Sequence record: NC_016163.1
Length of the DNA: 64,000 bases
Strand: one strand, 5' to 3'
How positions within the stretch are numbered: position 1 is the first letter of the stretch; each line of letters opens with the position of its first letter. Made by a program: the position numbers and the translations under genes. The notes beneath the pieces are model-generated. The model did not search any database, was not told where the DNA came from, and saw nothing but the letters and a program-made list of their open reading frames with translations. Shown here piece after piece: positions 9,417 through 19,529 of the stretch.

Positions 9417-9767
9417 TTATACAATTTTCAACATATCCATCAGTTTCGCTAAGATAAAGATAATAGAAGCGAATACGATAGCTGCTGCAATAGGTTCTGT
9501 TTTTGCGGTATTATACAGCTCTAATAGTGACATATCAGGGAAGAAAATACCTCTCAGGAAGTGCGCGAACCATACAGCTAGTACTGAGATAGCTACAGAG
9601 GTAAGTAACCCACTAAACTGAGCAAAGTTATCATTTCCGCCACCATAAAGGAACAGACCCACAATTAAGAATACCGGAATAAAGTTAATTAGTTCTTTAG
9701 TCCAGTTTACTTTAATTTCTGGTTTCTGGAAGTGCTTAAACTTCCTTTTACCAACTTTTTTTTCCAT
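9417..9767 (-). CDS. putative holin (about 3 TM segments)
   Basis: Three hydrophobic segments, basic N-terminus, directly upstream of the lysin. Confidence 0.6.
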   Translation of the reverse strand: MEKKVGKRKFKHFQKPEIKVNWTKELINFIPVFLIVGLFLYGGGNDNFAQFSGLLTSVAISVLAVWFAHFLRGIFFPDMSLLELYNTAKTEPIAAAIVFASIIFILAKLMDMLKIV

Positions 9768-9796
9768 CGGTTTTTCCTTAGTTAATCATGAAATAA

Positions 9797-9809
9797 CTAA
9801 AGAACTGTT
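9797..9809 (-). promoter_or_regulatory. late-type promoter AACA-N6-TAG
   Basis: Exact motif upstream of the holin-lysin pair. Confidence 0.7.
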
Positions 9810-9855
9810 AGAAAATAAAACACCCCATATCCACTTTTAAGGATATGGGGTAAAT

Positions 9856-10128
9856 TTATTCTTTTTTCTTACTGAGTTCCGATTCAACTACTTCTTTAAT
9901 CTCAGATTTCATATTATTTTCAACAATTTCATTAACTCTAGTAGTGAGCAAAGCGTAAGCATTTTCCAATTTTTTGATTAAACGATTAGCATCTTTAACT
10001 TTAATAGAATCACTTTCACCAATAACATCTAGCAATAGTTTTACTTCCATCGCAGTTAATGGAACTGGAACGTCAGCATTTACAATAGCCAATTTGACGG
10101 AATCAGGTAATTTGTCAATATCTGTCAT
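9856..10128 (-). CDS. hypothetical coiled-coil protein
   Basis: 90 aa ORF at end of the tail operon. Confidence 0.7.
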   Translation of the reverse strand: MTDIDKLPDSVKLAIVNADVPVPLTAMEVKLLLDVIGESDSIKVKDANRLIKKLENAYALLTTRVNEIVENNMKSEIKEVVESELSKKKE

Positions 10129-10706
10129 TTAAGGAAATCCTTGTATTTAACTTGTTTGTAAGTATCTAACAATTTGTTTTTGTCATTAGAATTTTGTAAA
10201 ATTTTACTTATTTCTATTTTAGAATCGTTAATCTTACGAAGTAGTTTATTACGTAATTTAAGTATTTCTTTTATATCATTAAATGATAAAATAGTTACAT
10301 TACCGTCTTCATTTTTAATTCTTAATGGCTCAAACTCTTCTGCTCCGAGATAGAAACAACTTTCAAGTAATTGGAATACTGGAGAAGAAATTCTTATTTC
10401 AGTTGCACCATATGAAATTATATGGTTTTTGTTTATATCGTTGATACTTTCTATATGAAAATTAGCAATCTTCTCCTTCAGCTCACTAACATTAATATTT
10501 TCACTAAAATGTACTACTTTAGGATTGCCGAAGTTATCAAACCCCATTTCGTATTCCGGAGACCTAGTGAGCTGTAGACAGAATCTCTTATAATCCCCTT
10601 CACTAATTTCTTTATACGGCTTAGGTACATTAACAGGTACAGGAATTATAGTTTTGTACAAACCTTTACTTTTAAGACTTACAAAGTAGTGATATTTTTG
10701 TTGCAT
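10125..10706 (-). CDS. tail-fibre chaperone-like protein (DUF4376-like)
   Basis: C-terminal I-DEDG-VT-LS--DI-E-LKLR pattern; position downstream of fibre genes. Confidence 0.5.
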   Translation of the reverse strand: MQQKYHYFVSLKSKGLYKTIIPVPVNVPKPYKEISEGDYKRFCLQLTRSPEYEMGFDNFGNPKVVHFSENINVSELKEKIANFHIESINDINKNHIISYGATEIRISSPVFQLLESCFYLGAEEFEPLRIKNEDGNVTILSFNDIKEILKLRNKLLRKINDSKIEISKILQNSNDKNKLLDTYKQVKYKDFLK

Positions 10707-10759
10707 AATTTACCTTAAAAAAGAAAAGCCCTATGGGTTTCCATAGGGCTTAATTTTAA

Positions 10760-11299
10760 TTAAATGGTAATAATGGCTACATCATCCCATCCGGTAGTAT
10801 AATCATATACGACCAAATCTTCAAAAGTAGTTACTTCGTTAATATCTTTAAAATGAGCATACTCTCTATTGAAAGCTCTTTGAATCTGAATTCTTGCGGC
10901 TTGTTGTAAAGCTTTAGCAGTAGAGATATCAAGTTCAATCCACTGAGTATTACTAACTTTCCAAGTCAAAGTATAGTGATTTAAACCACCAGATTCTGAT
11001 TCATAAGAGGAGATTAAATCAGCTAAGCGACTCATATTAGTGTCAGTAGGACTAAAAGAACCTTCTTTAACACCAATAGGGGTAATCTGATAATTATAGC
11101 GATAAGTAGCTAAATTAGCAATTACTTCATTCTTAGCCTGATTAAGAAATTGATTAAAAGTAGCTTCTGCTACCGTAGCAATCTCCTTAGTATCCCAAAT
11201 AGCGCCATCATATGAATCAAACTGAGAAAATACTGGATTACCTTTGCTATTAATAATAGTAAATCCAGATTCCATAATATTAAGCTTTAAGATTTCCAT
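10760..11299 (-). CDS. DUF4376-like tail-fibre associated protein
   Basis: RYNYQ..TWKVSNTQWIELD..ALQQAARIQIQRAFNRE..I motif; directly downstream of Kelch gene. Confidence 0.7.
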   Translation of the reverse strand: MEILKLNIMESGFTIINSKGNPVFSQFDSYDGAIWDTKEIATVAEATFNQFLNQAKNEVIANLATYRYNYQITPIGVKEGSFSPTDTNMSRLADLISSYESESGGLNHYTLTWKVSNTQWIELDISTAKALQQAARIQIQRAFNREYAHFKDINEVTTFEDLVVYDYTTGWDDVAIITI

Positions 11300-11308
11300 C
11301 TTTAACCC

Positions 11309-14300
11309 TTATAAATAATTACGCACAATACCAATTTTGGTAGGGGAATTAAACACTGAAGCTGAGCCAGCTATATATTTATTCATTTCATAGAATTTAC
11401 CATCAACTCCATAATGGAGTAATGATTTAGATGCCGACAGATATGGAGACCAAAGTGCTGCACTAGCTATAGGTACCATATTGGCTGTATCTACTACTCT
11501 AAATTCTTTAGTATCTAAATTAAGAATATTTAATTGCCCGCCTAGGAACTTAGGAGTATAACCAGTATGAATAAATCCAGAAGAACTATCCTTAGAGGTA
11601 TTTAGTTGATTATAGAATAGAATTTCATTCTTCTCACAGTTAGGAATTCTTTCGGCAAAGTGAACCTCACAAAATTCATTCTTACCATTAGTAAGACCAC
11701 GGAAATTTTGAATAAATGAGTACTCTACACTTACATCTTTATAAGTATTTGAAGAAATTGAATACTCATAAATAATTTTATTAGGATTCCCTAAGTCTTG
11801 GCGAAGAGAAGGTAAATCTACTTTATCGTCTACTAGTCCAATATACCCACCAAAGATAATAATCTTATCCTTATCTTTTCTGAAACAATTCCCCCAACCT
11901 ATCCCATAATTTGGTAGGCTAGCTATTAATGAGAAAGTATTGGTGTCTACATCATATACCATACAACGTTGGGTAGATAGGGAATTACTAGCAATATCCC
12001 AATATGGTACTTTTTGAGCTGTATATCCGCCAAACATATACAATTTTCTCGTATCTTTGTCAAAATATGCAGCACCATTACCATATTGATAAGGCATAGT
12101 TGCTATCTGACTTATGGTTTTAGTAGCCATATCAAATTTGTAAACAAACATATTAAATACATTATTTACATTACGACTATCTATATAGGATATACCATTT
12201 TCTGTAAATTGTACTAAAGTCTTATTCTTTACGCCACCAACAATAATAGGATTTCCATCTCTATCAGAACAAGTTGCACCATATACAGAACTTAATTGAG
12301 AACTAGGATAGAAAGTAAATTTCTCCGTCACTCTATTATAGATACCTATAATATTTTGAGGAGTAGTTGTATTATTTGGCGCTCTTGATTGTACAGTAAA
12401 AGTAAAGAATATTGATGTATTATCATATTCATTACATGGTATAACCATAGGTGCCGTATAAATATCAACTAAACTTTCCCAACCTACAACATCATTGTAT
12501 GCTCCAGTAACATCAGTTTTAAATCCAGAAATAATTTTATCTCTATCTGGATGGTCAATCCTTTCAGAAAATTCTCGCTGATACAAGTGCGTGATGTAGA
12601 TTCTTCCATACTTATCTACTGTACAACATTTATCGGAGTCAAGTTTAACTATACCATTTTGTGGATAGAAATTATTTCTACGAGTCAGAGATACAGTAAT
12701 TTTACTGTTAACTAAATCATAATCCCAATGCCTACCAGTGTTATCTACTAAGCGAATAACATCTTTATTCAAATAGCTTGCGCCAACAATATAAGAATTA
12801 GATATAGCTGTAGATAAATCACTTAGAGATTTAGTTGTTACTGTACCAGTATTACTAATAATGGAAAAATTATTATTAGTAGTAGTATCTGGATGTAAAC
12901 CATAAAATACATAAGTATTTCCATTAAATGTATTTTCAGTTATATCGCCAGCAATAAAATCATATGGTAATGTAGTTAAGATTGACCAAGTAGTGCTAGT
13001 CAAATCATATGCATATACATTCCGATTAAATGTTCCATCTGATTTAACCCCACCAATATACAGTACCTTATTATCCGGAGTTACTTTAGCTCTACCATAT
13101 GCCACTGATATTGGTAGAGAGGTTATAGCAGCCCAAGTATCCGAATATGTAATCAGATCATTAGTGAAGAAACTATTTGATAAAACGCCTTCTTTATCAC
13201 CACCTAAAATAAATACTCTACCAGATTTAGAAACAGCCGTAGCTGCACCTTTTAATCCTTTTGTAAGTTTATCTACATTTAAAATAGTTTCAGTACCATA
13301 AGATACACTATATTTAATTAATTTTGAACCATCAATTGGTGTACCGAAATCATTACTCTTACCAGTACTTAAGTAATAGAAATCACCTTTATACTTAAAT
13401 GGTTGGTTGAAAGAAGAATATGTATTATCAGAAATCTCTCTTTCAACTACAATACCTGAGAAGGTGTCACTGGTATCATTATCTGGATAGTAAATAAATC
13501 CAACAGAAGGACGATTTAGATTTACTAATCCTTTAGTATTTAAGTACTCAGGTACTCCAGAAAAACTGTTTCCTCTATCTCCGCCAAAAATTGCTATCCT
13601 ACCATCTTTAAGTGCAGCCATAGCGCAACTGGAACCGGCACTTAAAATGTTCTTATCTATAACCGATGCATTATTTGTAAGGTTTAATGGGGATTTATAT
13701 GTCATGGTACCTTTTGTTAAATCAAAGCATAACATATCTGCTACGTTGACATCCGATTCAAATTGCAATGGGACAGTAGTAGCAGTAGTACCTTCTTTTA
13801 ACTGAGACACCCAACCAGTGGTATACAATTTATCCTTAATTCTTACTATCTGACTGCCATCACCTGCAGCGATAGTATTAATCCATTTAGACCAAGTATT
13901 AGTAGCTACGTCATATACTAAACCATAATTCCATTTACCATAAGCAGAAAATGAATTAGAAGCATTATCCTGTAATGGTAAATAAATTTTACCATTATAA
14001 TAATGTAGATATGTATTTCTCCAAGGATAATTACTACCAGACGAACCAGACGGCATTAATGAGGTAGGAATAGAAGCTAAGACTTCTACTGCTCCTAGAG
14101 TTACGTTGTTCGTATCAGACCCATAAATAATTTTTCTTCTACCAAAATGGTTTATTGCTACATCAGCTCCGTCAGGTGATGTAGTCCCAAATGGAATGTA
14201 TACATATAGATAATCATTTACATCATCATAAGTTACGCCATGACTTCTAAATAAGTAATTACTCCATTGACCAAGAATAACCCATTTTTGACCACCACTT

Positions 14301-15217
14301 ACATTATCACTAGTGTAAAGCAGTATGTCCCCAACAGTTTTCCACCACTGATTATTAGTATTTGCTTGATCACTATAATATGCACCCCCTCCTAATTGTA
14401 AGGCGCAGTTATTTTTTATAGCACAAAGCCTATGATTATTTACTGGATAAGGTAAATTAGAAGTTTCTCTAAAAGTCCTATCCGCTGGATTGAAGATGTA
14501 TGATTTATTGGTAACTACTTTTGTCTGAGAAGTACTATATTCATCCAATACTAATACTGGATTGTAAAACCCTCCAGTTAGTAATACAGTACCATCTGTA
14601 AGAGTAACTGCTTCAGCATCAATCCATCCATTTAAGGGTAAATTGAAACTTTCATAAATTTTCTTAGACCCGTCTGTATATACAGCCCAAGGTTTAATTG
14701 TAGTAAATTGCGTAGGATCAATAATGTATGAAAGGGTTTCTAATGTGTCTTCAGACATTACAGCATCCACAATTACAGGTGCTGCAGCTATGACGTTTGA
14801 TAAAGCTAATGCTAAATATTCTATGCCATTATATACTACTGAAACTAGAGAATTCTGATAATTCTCATTATTTTCCATAGTATACTTTTTAACATACCCA
14901 TTTACTACCTTTAAAGAGATTTTTACTTTATTACTTCCAGCAATACCTAATTTACCATCAATATAGATGTCTTTGTATAGGTTGCCTAGAATAATATATG
15001 AATAAGAGCTATTTTTAATAGAATTACCTAAAAATGTCTTAAGTTTATAGTTACCGCCAAATTTTACAGCTTTACCTTTAAAAATTTGGAAGAAAGATTG
15101 AGTTTTTAAACTAGAGCTAGTAGGCTTACCAGAAGATAAGGTTCCGTCCTGATAATTTAATTTACCATCTATTAGTGCTCTGTTACTAAATCTTGCGGAC
15201 TCTCTAGTCTGTGACAT
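11309..15217 (-). CDS. Kelch-repeat beta-propeller virion protein 3 (1302 aa)
   Basis: Many GG..Y/F..W Kelch units (VLLTGG, IAIFGG, VFILGG, LYIGG, LYMFGG, IIIFGG); N-domain shared with neighbours. Confidence 0.85.
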   Translation of the reverse strand: MSQTRESARFSNRALIDGKLNYQDGTLSSGKPTSSSLKTQSFFQIFKGKAVKFGGNYKLKTFLGNSIKNSSYSYIILGNLYKDIYIDGKLGIAGSNKVKISLKVVNGYVKKYTMENNENYQNSLVSVVYNGIEYLALALSNVIAAAPVIVDAVMSEDTLETLSYIIDPTQFTTIKPWAVYTDGSKKIYESFNLPLNGWIDAEAVTLTDGTVLLTGGFYNPVLVLDEYSTSQTKVVTNKSYIFNPADRTFRETSNLPYPVNNHRLCAIKNNCALQLGGGAYYSDQANTNNQWWKTVGDILLYTSDNVSGGQKWVILGQWSNYLFRSHGVTYDDVNDYLYVYIPFGTTSPDGADVAINHFGRRKIIYGSDTNNVTLGAVEVLASIPTSLMPSGSSGSNYPWRNTYLHYYNGKIYLPLQDNASNSFSAYGKWNYGLVYDVATNTWSKWINTIAAGDGSQIVRIKDKLYTTGWVSQLKEGTTATTVPLQFESDVNVADMLCFDLTKGTMTYKSPLNLTNNASVIDKNILSAGSSCAMAALKDGRIAIFGGDRGNSFSGVPEYLNTKGLVNLNRPSVGFIYYPDNDTSDTFSGIVVEREISDNTYSSFNQPFKYKGDFYYLSTGKSNDFGTPIDGSKLIKYSVSYGTETILNVDKLTKGLKGAATAVSKSGRVFILGGDKEGVLSNSFFTNDLITYSDTWAAITSLPISVAYGRAKVTPDNKVLYIGGVKSDGTFNRNVYAYDLTSTTWSILTTLPYDFIAGDITENTFNGNTYVFYGLHPDTTTNNNFSIISNTGTVTTKSLSDLSTAISNSYIVGASYLNKDVIRLVDNTGRHWDYDLVNSKITVSLTRRNNFYPQNGIVKLDSDKCCTVDKYGRIYITHLYQREFSERIDHPDRDKIISGFKTDVTGAYNDVVGWESLVDIYTAPMVIPCNEYDNTSIFFTFTVQSRAPNNTTTPQNIIGIYNRVTEKFTFYPSSQLSSVYGATCSDRDGNPIIVGGVKNKTLVQFTENGISYIDSRNVNNVFNMFVYKFDMATKTISQIATMPYQYGNGAAYFDKDTRKLYMFGGYTAQKVPYWDIASNSLSTQRCMVYDVDTNTFSLIASLPNYGIGWGNCFRKDKDKIIIFGGYIGLVDDKVDLPSLRQDLGNPNKIIYEYSISSNTYKDVSVEYSFIQNFRGLTNGKNEFCEVHFAERIPNCEKNEILFYNQLNTSKDSSSGFIHTGYTPKFLGGQLNILNLDTKEFRVVDTANMVPIASAALWSPYLSASKSLLHYGVDGKFYEMNKYIAGSASVFNSPTKIGIVRNYL

Positions 15218-15253
15218 AGTAAGATTACCTTTTATTTATCTTATATAAAAGAA

Positions 15254-15266
15254 CTAAAAAGTTGTT
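15254..15266 (-). promoter_or_regulatory. late-type promoter AACA-N6-TAG
   Basis: Exact motif 37 nt upstream of the start codon. Confidence 0.7.
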
Positions 15267-15323
15267 CGTAAATAAAAGTCCCCTAATAAGACATGATGCT
15301 TATTAGGGGGTAACTTTAAATTA

Positions 15324-18300
15324 TTAAGATATTACAACAAACATACCTAATCCGTTTATGTAAACGGATTTATTTAGACGACTACCAAACATTCCTGGAA
15401 GAACAATTATTTTACCTGACTTAAGCTCAAACATTTCTGGATAAGCTGAGTCATCTGAAGAAAAAATACCTGTAGATGTAGAAAGGGCTGTAGTTACAGG
15501 AGCTATCATTTTATTTGCTTCAATAGGTACACTAATAAGCTGCCAAGGAATACCGGTATTATACTTCTTATTATAAGGATTGAAAATACCAGCCGTTATA
15601 GTTGATTTAGTTTCTACCCAAGGGAAAATATAGAAGTTACCATTACTATGTTTAATACCGGTTAAGTTAATATAAGTAGGTCTTACTCTACCAGATTCAA
15701 GTAAAGCTGCTGGTATAACTGATTCACTCTTAGTAAGATCAATAGTTTTAAATAACCCATTGGCATCGGCTTCGTCAGTAGTATTAGTTAATGTATCAAA
15801 AACAGTTACCTGATTATTGAGTATCTTACCAGTATTCCCCATAGCATCAGGTGATAAATTATCTGAACTAAAGCAGAAAAGCGTACCGTTATCAGCAACA
15901 GCCGCATAATTTCGGAAAGGTGAAATTGCCATATCAGGGTTATCAGTAATTGATAATTTACCTAAGTATGTTAAGGTATTGGCTGAAATACTATATTTAA
16001 ATACTTTGTTAAAACAAGTGTTTGCATGATAATCTGTAACAGTACTCCAATATTTATACCCACCAAATATCAAAATCTCATCAGGGTTATTAGTCAAAGA
16101 TATCATAGTGCCATTGATAAATTTAACATTAACACTTAATGGATTATTAATATAAGTTGGCTGCTTCTCAGTATAAGTATTAGTAACTGGATCGAAGATA
16201 GTTAAAGTACTTCTCATGTATTTGATAGGGTTAGTTTGTAAATCAGTAGAAGCGCTACTGAGATCCCATAAACCTCCAATTAAAACAATTCTTCCATCTG
16301 GTAGGGTCTTAGCTACACCATTTGACCAGTTTTGACATAAAGAAGAAGGTATAGTATCTTCTTGCCAAGTACCTAAAGTAAATAAACCATCTGAATTTTC
16401 AGTAACTTTAGCTTTCCAATGACTATTAACGAAAACAGATTCACCAGACTTAGCCCCTCCACTAATTACCCCGCCAAAATAATGTATATTATCATTAGAA
16501 TCTAAAACTTTAGTACTGGCTGTTATAAAAATATCATTTGTTTCAGTACGATTACCTAAAGTAAATACAGGGGAAATCCCAAATGAAGTAAATTTAATTT
16601 TAGGTTTATATGCAGCATTAATGAATTTAAAAGGAGGAGTAACTGAAATTGAACCATTAGATCCTTTAACCATACCAAATGGTATATAAAATTCACCTTT
16701 AGGCGTTTTAACTAGATCGGCTAATGCAAAACATCTAGTTTGCGTAACCATTTCAAATTTATTAGTATCAATATAGTATTTAAATACTAAGGTACCACTA
16801 TAATTTTTAGCTCTACCAGCATACAAAACAATCTCATTTGTGTTGATTTTGGTAGCTCGCATCCACCCTTCTGATTCAAATTCAATAGGAATGGATTGTA
16901 ATTGAGTATAGATAGGGGTTAGATAAGTGTCACCTTTATTTACTAAAGATAGCTTGAAGGTCTCAGATGAATAAACTTTATCGCCATTTTCATCAAAAGT
17001 AGTACCGCCGAATACAATGCATTCAGTATCAGATATAGATACTAAAGCTGAACCATATTTAGCATACTTCTCTAAAGGTATTGAACTGCCGCTACTCTCA
17101 ATTAAATCATGGTAACGAGTGACACTGTTACTTGTAACTGAATAAACTCCATATCCTGAAGATTTATTCAATGACATTTCATCTTTACCACCAATCATAT
17201 AGAATACATTTTGAGTAGAATTATAGAAATAATTGCCATATTCTCTCAATATTCTGTTATTATCATTAGAAGTATAGAAATTGTCTTTGAAATAAGGTTT
17301 GCCAGCAGTCCAAGTTATACCAGAATCTGGAGAATAAAAATAGAATAATGTACTCTTGTTCAGAGTTCTATCACTGGAATCTGCAGCATCTTTAGTGCCA
17401 GCCGTACTACCTAAGAGAACTAACGAATAACCAGTTATACTGTTAAAATTATTAATTTTCTGTAGAGAAAATTCAGATGGATCAGTTGCACTATAAATAG
17501 TATTCGCTTCATCATCGAAATCTATAGCCGCTCCACCTTTCATATTAAGTCTATAATTAACCACTGCTGGAACTGGTGAAACTGTCCAAGTATATTTAAC
17601 TGTATCAAATAAATAGGCAGTTTTATTCTTTTCAAGAATAGTATAAACTTTATTGCTAGATGTACTAGCTGATTGAGTATTATACCAGTTCGCTACAGGG
17701 GTATTTGGTATAGTGCAATTGTCATTTAATGGAATTAATCTAGATAAAACATTTGGGTTAGTTGCTATTACACTCTTATTAAAATCTACAATCATAGCAT
17801 GATTAGAATGCATTAAACCTGTAGATATCTTATTATCAGGATCAGAAAAGAAGAAAGATTCCCCTTCACCATAATTTACACAACCACCAGCAAGAATAAC
17901 TCGTTTATCTTTAAAAATACCTATACCGTTACATACAAAGCCTGGGTATGGTAATTTTTCTCTATAGTAATAATCTTTAGTATTAAAATCTATTTCAATA
18001 ATATCTCTAAATGCAGAAGTATAGTAAGCTCCATTACCAGTTCCGGTAACAGTGGGTATTGTAGTAAATTCCCCACTTACGCCAGTAAACATTATAAGTT
18101 TATTATCATTTATAGGAGAACGAATAATCTTTGGCACCGACAGGAAGAAATCAAAGCTCATAAACTTTGTAATTTCTTCAGTAGCTACATCAAATTTATA
18201 TAAAACTGTACCTTTATGGTTGTTTCTAAAAATACCAGCAGTAAATATTATACCATTTAGCTCCGGTAGATATACAGATGAATTAAATGAATCCTGATCG

Positions 18301-19442
18301 AAGGCAGTAGGATTTGCAACGTTTTCATTAAATACGGCTGTATATTTATTAGCTACATAAGTTTCTTCACCAGTCAATAAATTATATTTATATAACCCAA
18401 AGAAAGGAACCATTGTAGTCGGAACAGAGTTTACATAAGCAGTTTCTCTGCCACAAAAGACATAAATTGTATCATTTACTATACAGGCTGCAGTGGAAAA
18501 GAATTGATGAGATACAGGTATTCTTTCATATGTATCATTTTCTATATCATGTATATAGAAATAACTACCACCGACTACGGGAATCCCTATTGAGCGCACC
18601 CCATAGTTTATGATCATATTTTTACCAGGCTTGTACTCTACAGTACTAGACATATACAAAGCTTCTGGGAAGGGAGCCATTTCTCTCCAACTATTTGTCT
18701 CTGGATTGTATTCGAAAACATTATTGCAACCAGTTTCACTAGAGAATCCTATTTCATTAGGATATGTTAAACCAGTAGCTAATCCATTCTCACCAGCACA
18801 ACCAGGATAAAGATAAAATTTATTATTTTTTGAGTTAACTGTACCGGATACATTTCGCATAGCCATACCAATTTTAGGAATGTCTGGTATGCTACGGAAC
18901 ATAGAATTACTCAAAAAAGTACTTACTGAATATGATTCATATTCAGTAGATTTTAATGTAACTACTTGTGATGAATCAGATACAACAGCTTCCAGTATAT
19001 AGCTTCCTAAAGCATCAAATTTTAAGCCTATATAAGATTTATCACCTTTAGTAACATCTACTAAAGTAATTTTAAATGCTACAGAGAAGAAAGAACCTTC
19101 TTTAATATAGTCATTTGATTTGTTATATGCAAAATCAAATGTAGCTGAATCTGCATAATCATCATTTACAAAGTTAATCTTACCTGAGAATGTAAAGTCT
19201 TTACTTGTTTCAGCAAGTATAAGAATATCGTTTACATCTGAGATAACACCTTGTACTTCAAATTTAAAAGTAGTGGAATTTTTTAGTGCTTCTGCATTAC
19301 TTCCACTAAGTAACACCGATGCGAATTCTTTGGGGTCTATGTCTAGCTCACCTGTATAAATATTACCTTTCTTATCAGCTTTCAGGTTATTGCCAGAGAT
19401 TATTTGTCTACTAAACTTAGTAGATTTTCTGGATAAAGACAT
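15324..19442 (-). CDS. Kelch-repeat beta-propeller virion protein 2 (1372 aa)
   Basis: YNPETNSWREMAPFP, IYVFCG, VILAGG, FYMIGG, IVFGG, HYFGG, VLIGG, LIFGG. Confidence 0.85.
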   Translation of the reverse strand: MSLSRKSTKFSRQIISGNNLKADKKGNIYTGELDIDPKEFASVLLSGSNAEALKNSTTFKFEVQGVISDVNDILILAETSKDFTFSGKINFVNDDYADSATFDFAYNKSNDYIKEGSFFSVAFKITLVDVTKGDKSYIGLKFDALGSYILEAVVSDSSQVVTLKSTEYESYSVSTFLSNSMFRSIPDIPKIGMAMRNVSGTVNSKNNKFYLYPGCAGENGLATGLTYPNEIGFSSETGCNNVFEYNPETNSWREMAPFPEALYMSSTVEYKPGKNMIINYGVRSIGIPVVGGSYFYIHDIENDTYERIPVSHQFFSTAACIVNDTIYVFCGRETAYVNSVPTTMVPFFGLYKYNLLTGEETYVANKYTAVFNENVANPTAFDQDSFNSSVYLPELNGIIFTAGIFRNNHKGTVLYKFDVATEEITKFMSFDFFLSVPKIIRSPINDNKLIMFTGVSGEFTTIPTVTGTGNGAYYTSAFRDIIEIDFNTKDYYYREKLPYPGFVCNGIGIFKDKRVILAGGCVNYGEGESFFFSDPDNKISTGLMHSNHAMIVDFNKSVIATNPNVLSRLIPLNDNCTIPNTPVANWYNTQSASTSSNKVYTILEKNKTAYLFDTVKYTWTVSPVPAVVNYRLNMKGGAAIDFDDEANTIYSATDPSEFSLQKINNFNSITGYSLVLLGSTAGTKDAADSSDRTLNKSTLFYFYSPDSGITWTAGKPYFKDNFYTSNDNNRILREYGNYFYNSTQNVFYMIGGKDEMSLNKSSGYGVYSVTSNSVTRYHDLIESSGSSIPLEKYAKYGSALVSISDTECIVFGGTTFDENGDKVYSSETFKLSLVNKGDTYLTPIYTQLQSIPIEFESEGWMRATKINTNEIVLYAGRAKNYSGTLVFKYYIDTNKFEMVTQTRCFALADLVKTPKGEFYIPFGMVKGSNGSISVTPPFKFINAAYKPKIKFTSFGISPVFTLGNRTETNDIFITASTKVLDSNDNIHYFGGVISGGAKSGESVFVNSHWKAKVTENSDGLFTLGTWQEDTIPSSLCQNWSNGVAKTLPDGRIVLIGGLWDLSSASTDLQTNPIKYMRSTLTIFDPVTNTYTEKQPTYINNPLSVNVKFINGTMISLTNNPDEILIFGGYKYWSTVTDYHANTCFNKVFKYSISANTLTYLGKLSITDNPDMAISPFRNYAAVADNGTLFCFSSDNLSPDAMGNTGKILNNQVTVFDTLTNTTDEADANGLFKTIDLTKSESVIPAALLESGRVRPTYINLTGIKHSNGNFYIFPWVETKSTITAGIFNPYNKKYNTGIPWQLISVPIEANKMIAPVTTALSTSTGIFSSDDSAYPEMFELKSGKIIVLPGMFGSRLNKSVYINGLGMFVVIS

Positions 19443-19470
19443 AATTTGTTTTACCTTTTTATGAAAAGAT

Positions 19471-19483
19471 CTAAATTTTTGTT
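19471..19483 (-). promoter_or_regulatory. late-type promoter AACA-N6-TAG
   Basis: Exact motif upstream of Kelch gene 2. Confidence 0.7.
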
Positions 19484-19529
19484 AAAAAATATTGACCTTA
19501 TACCATTTCTGGTATAAGGTCAATAATTG

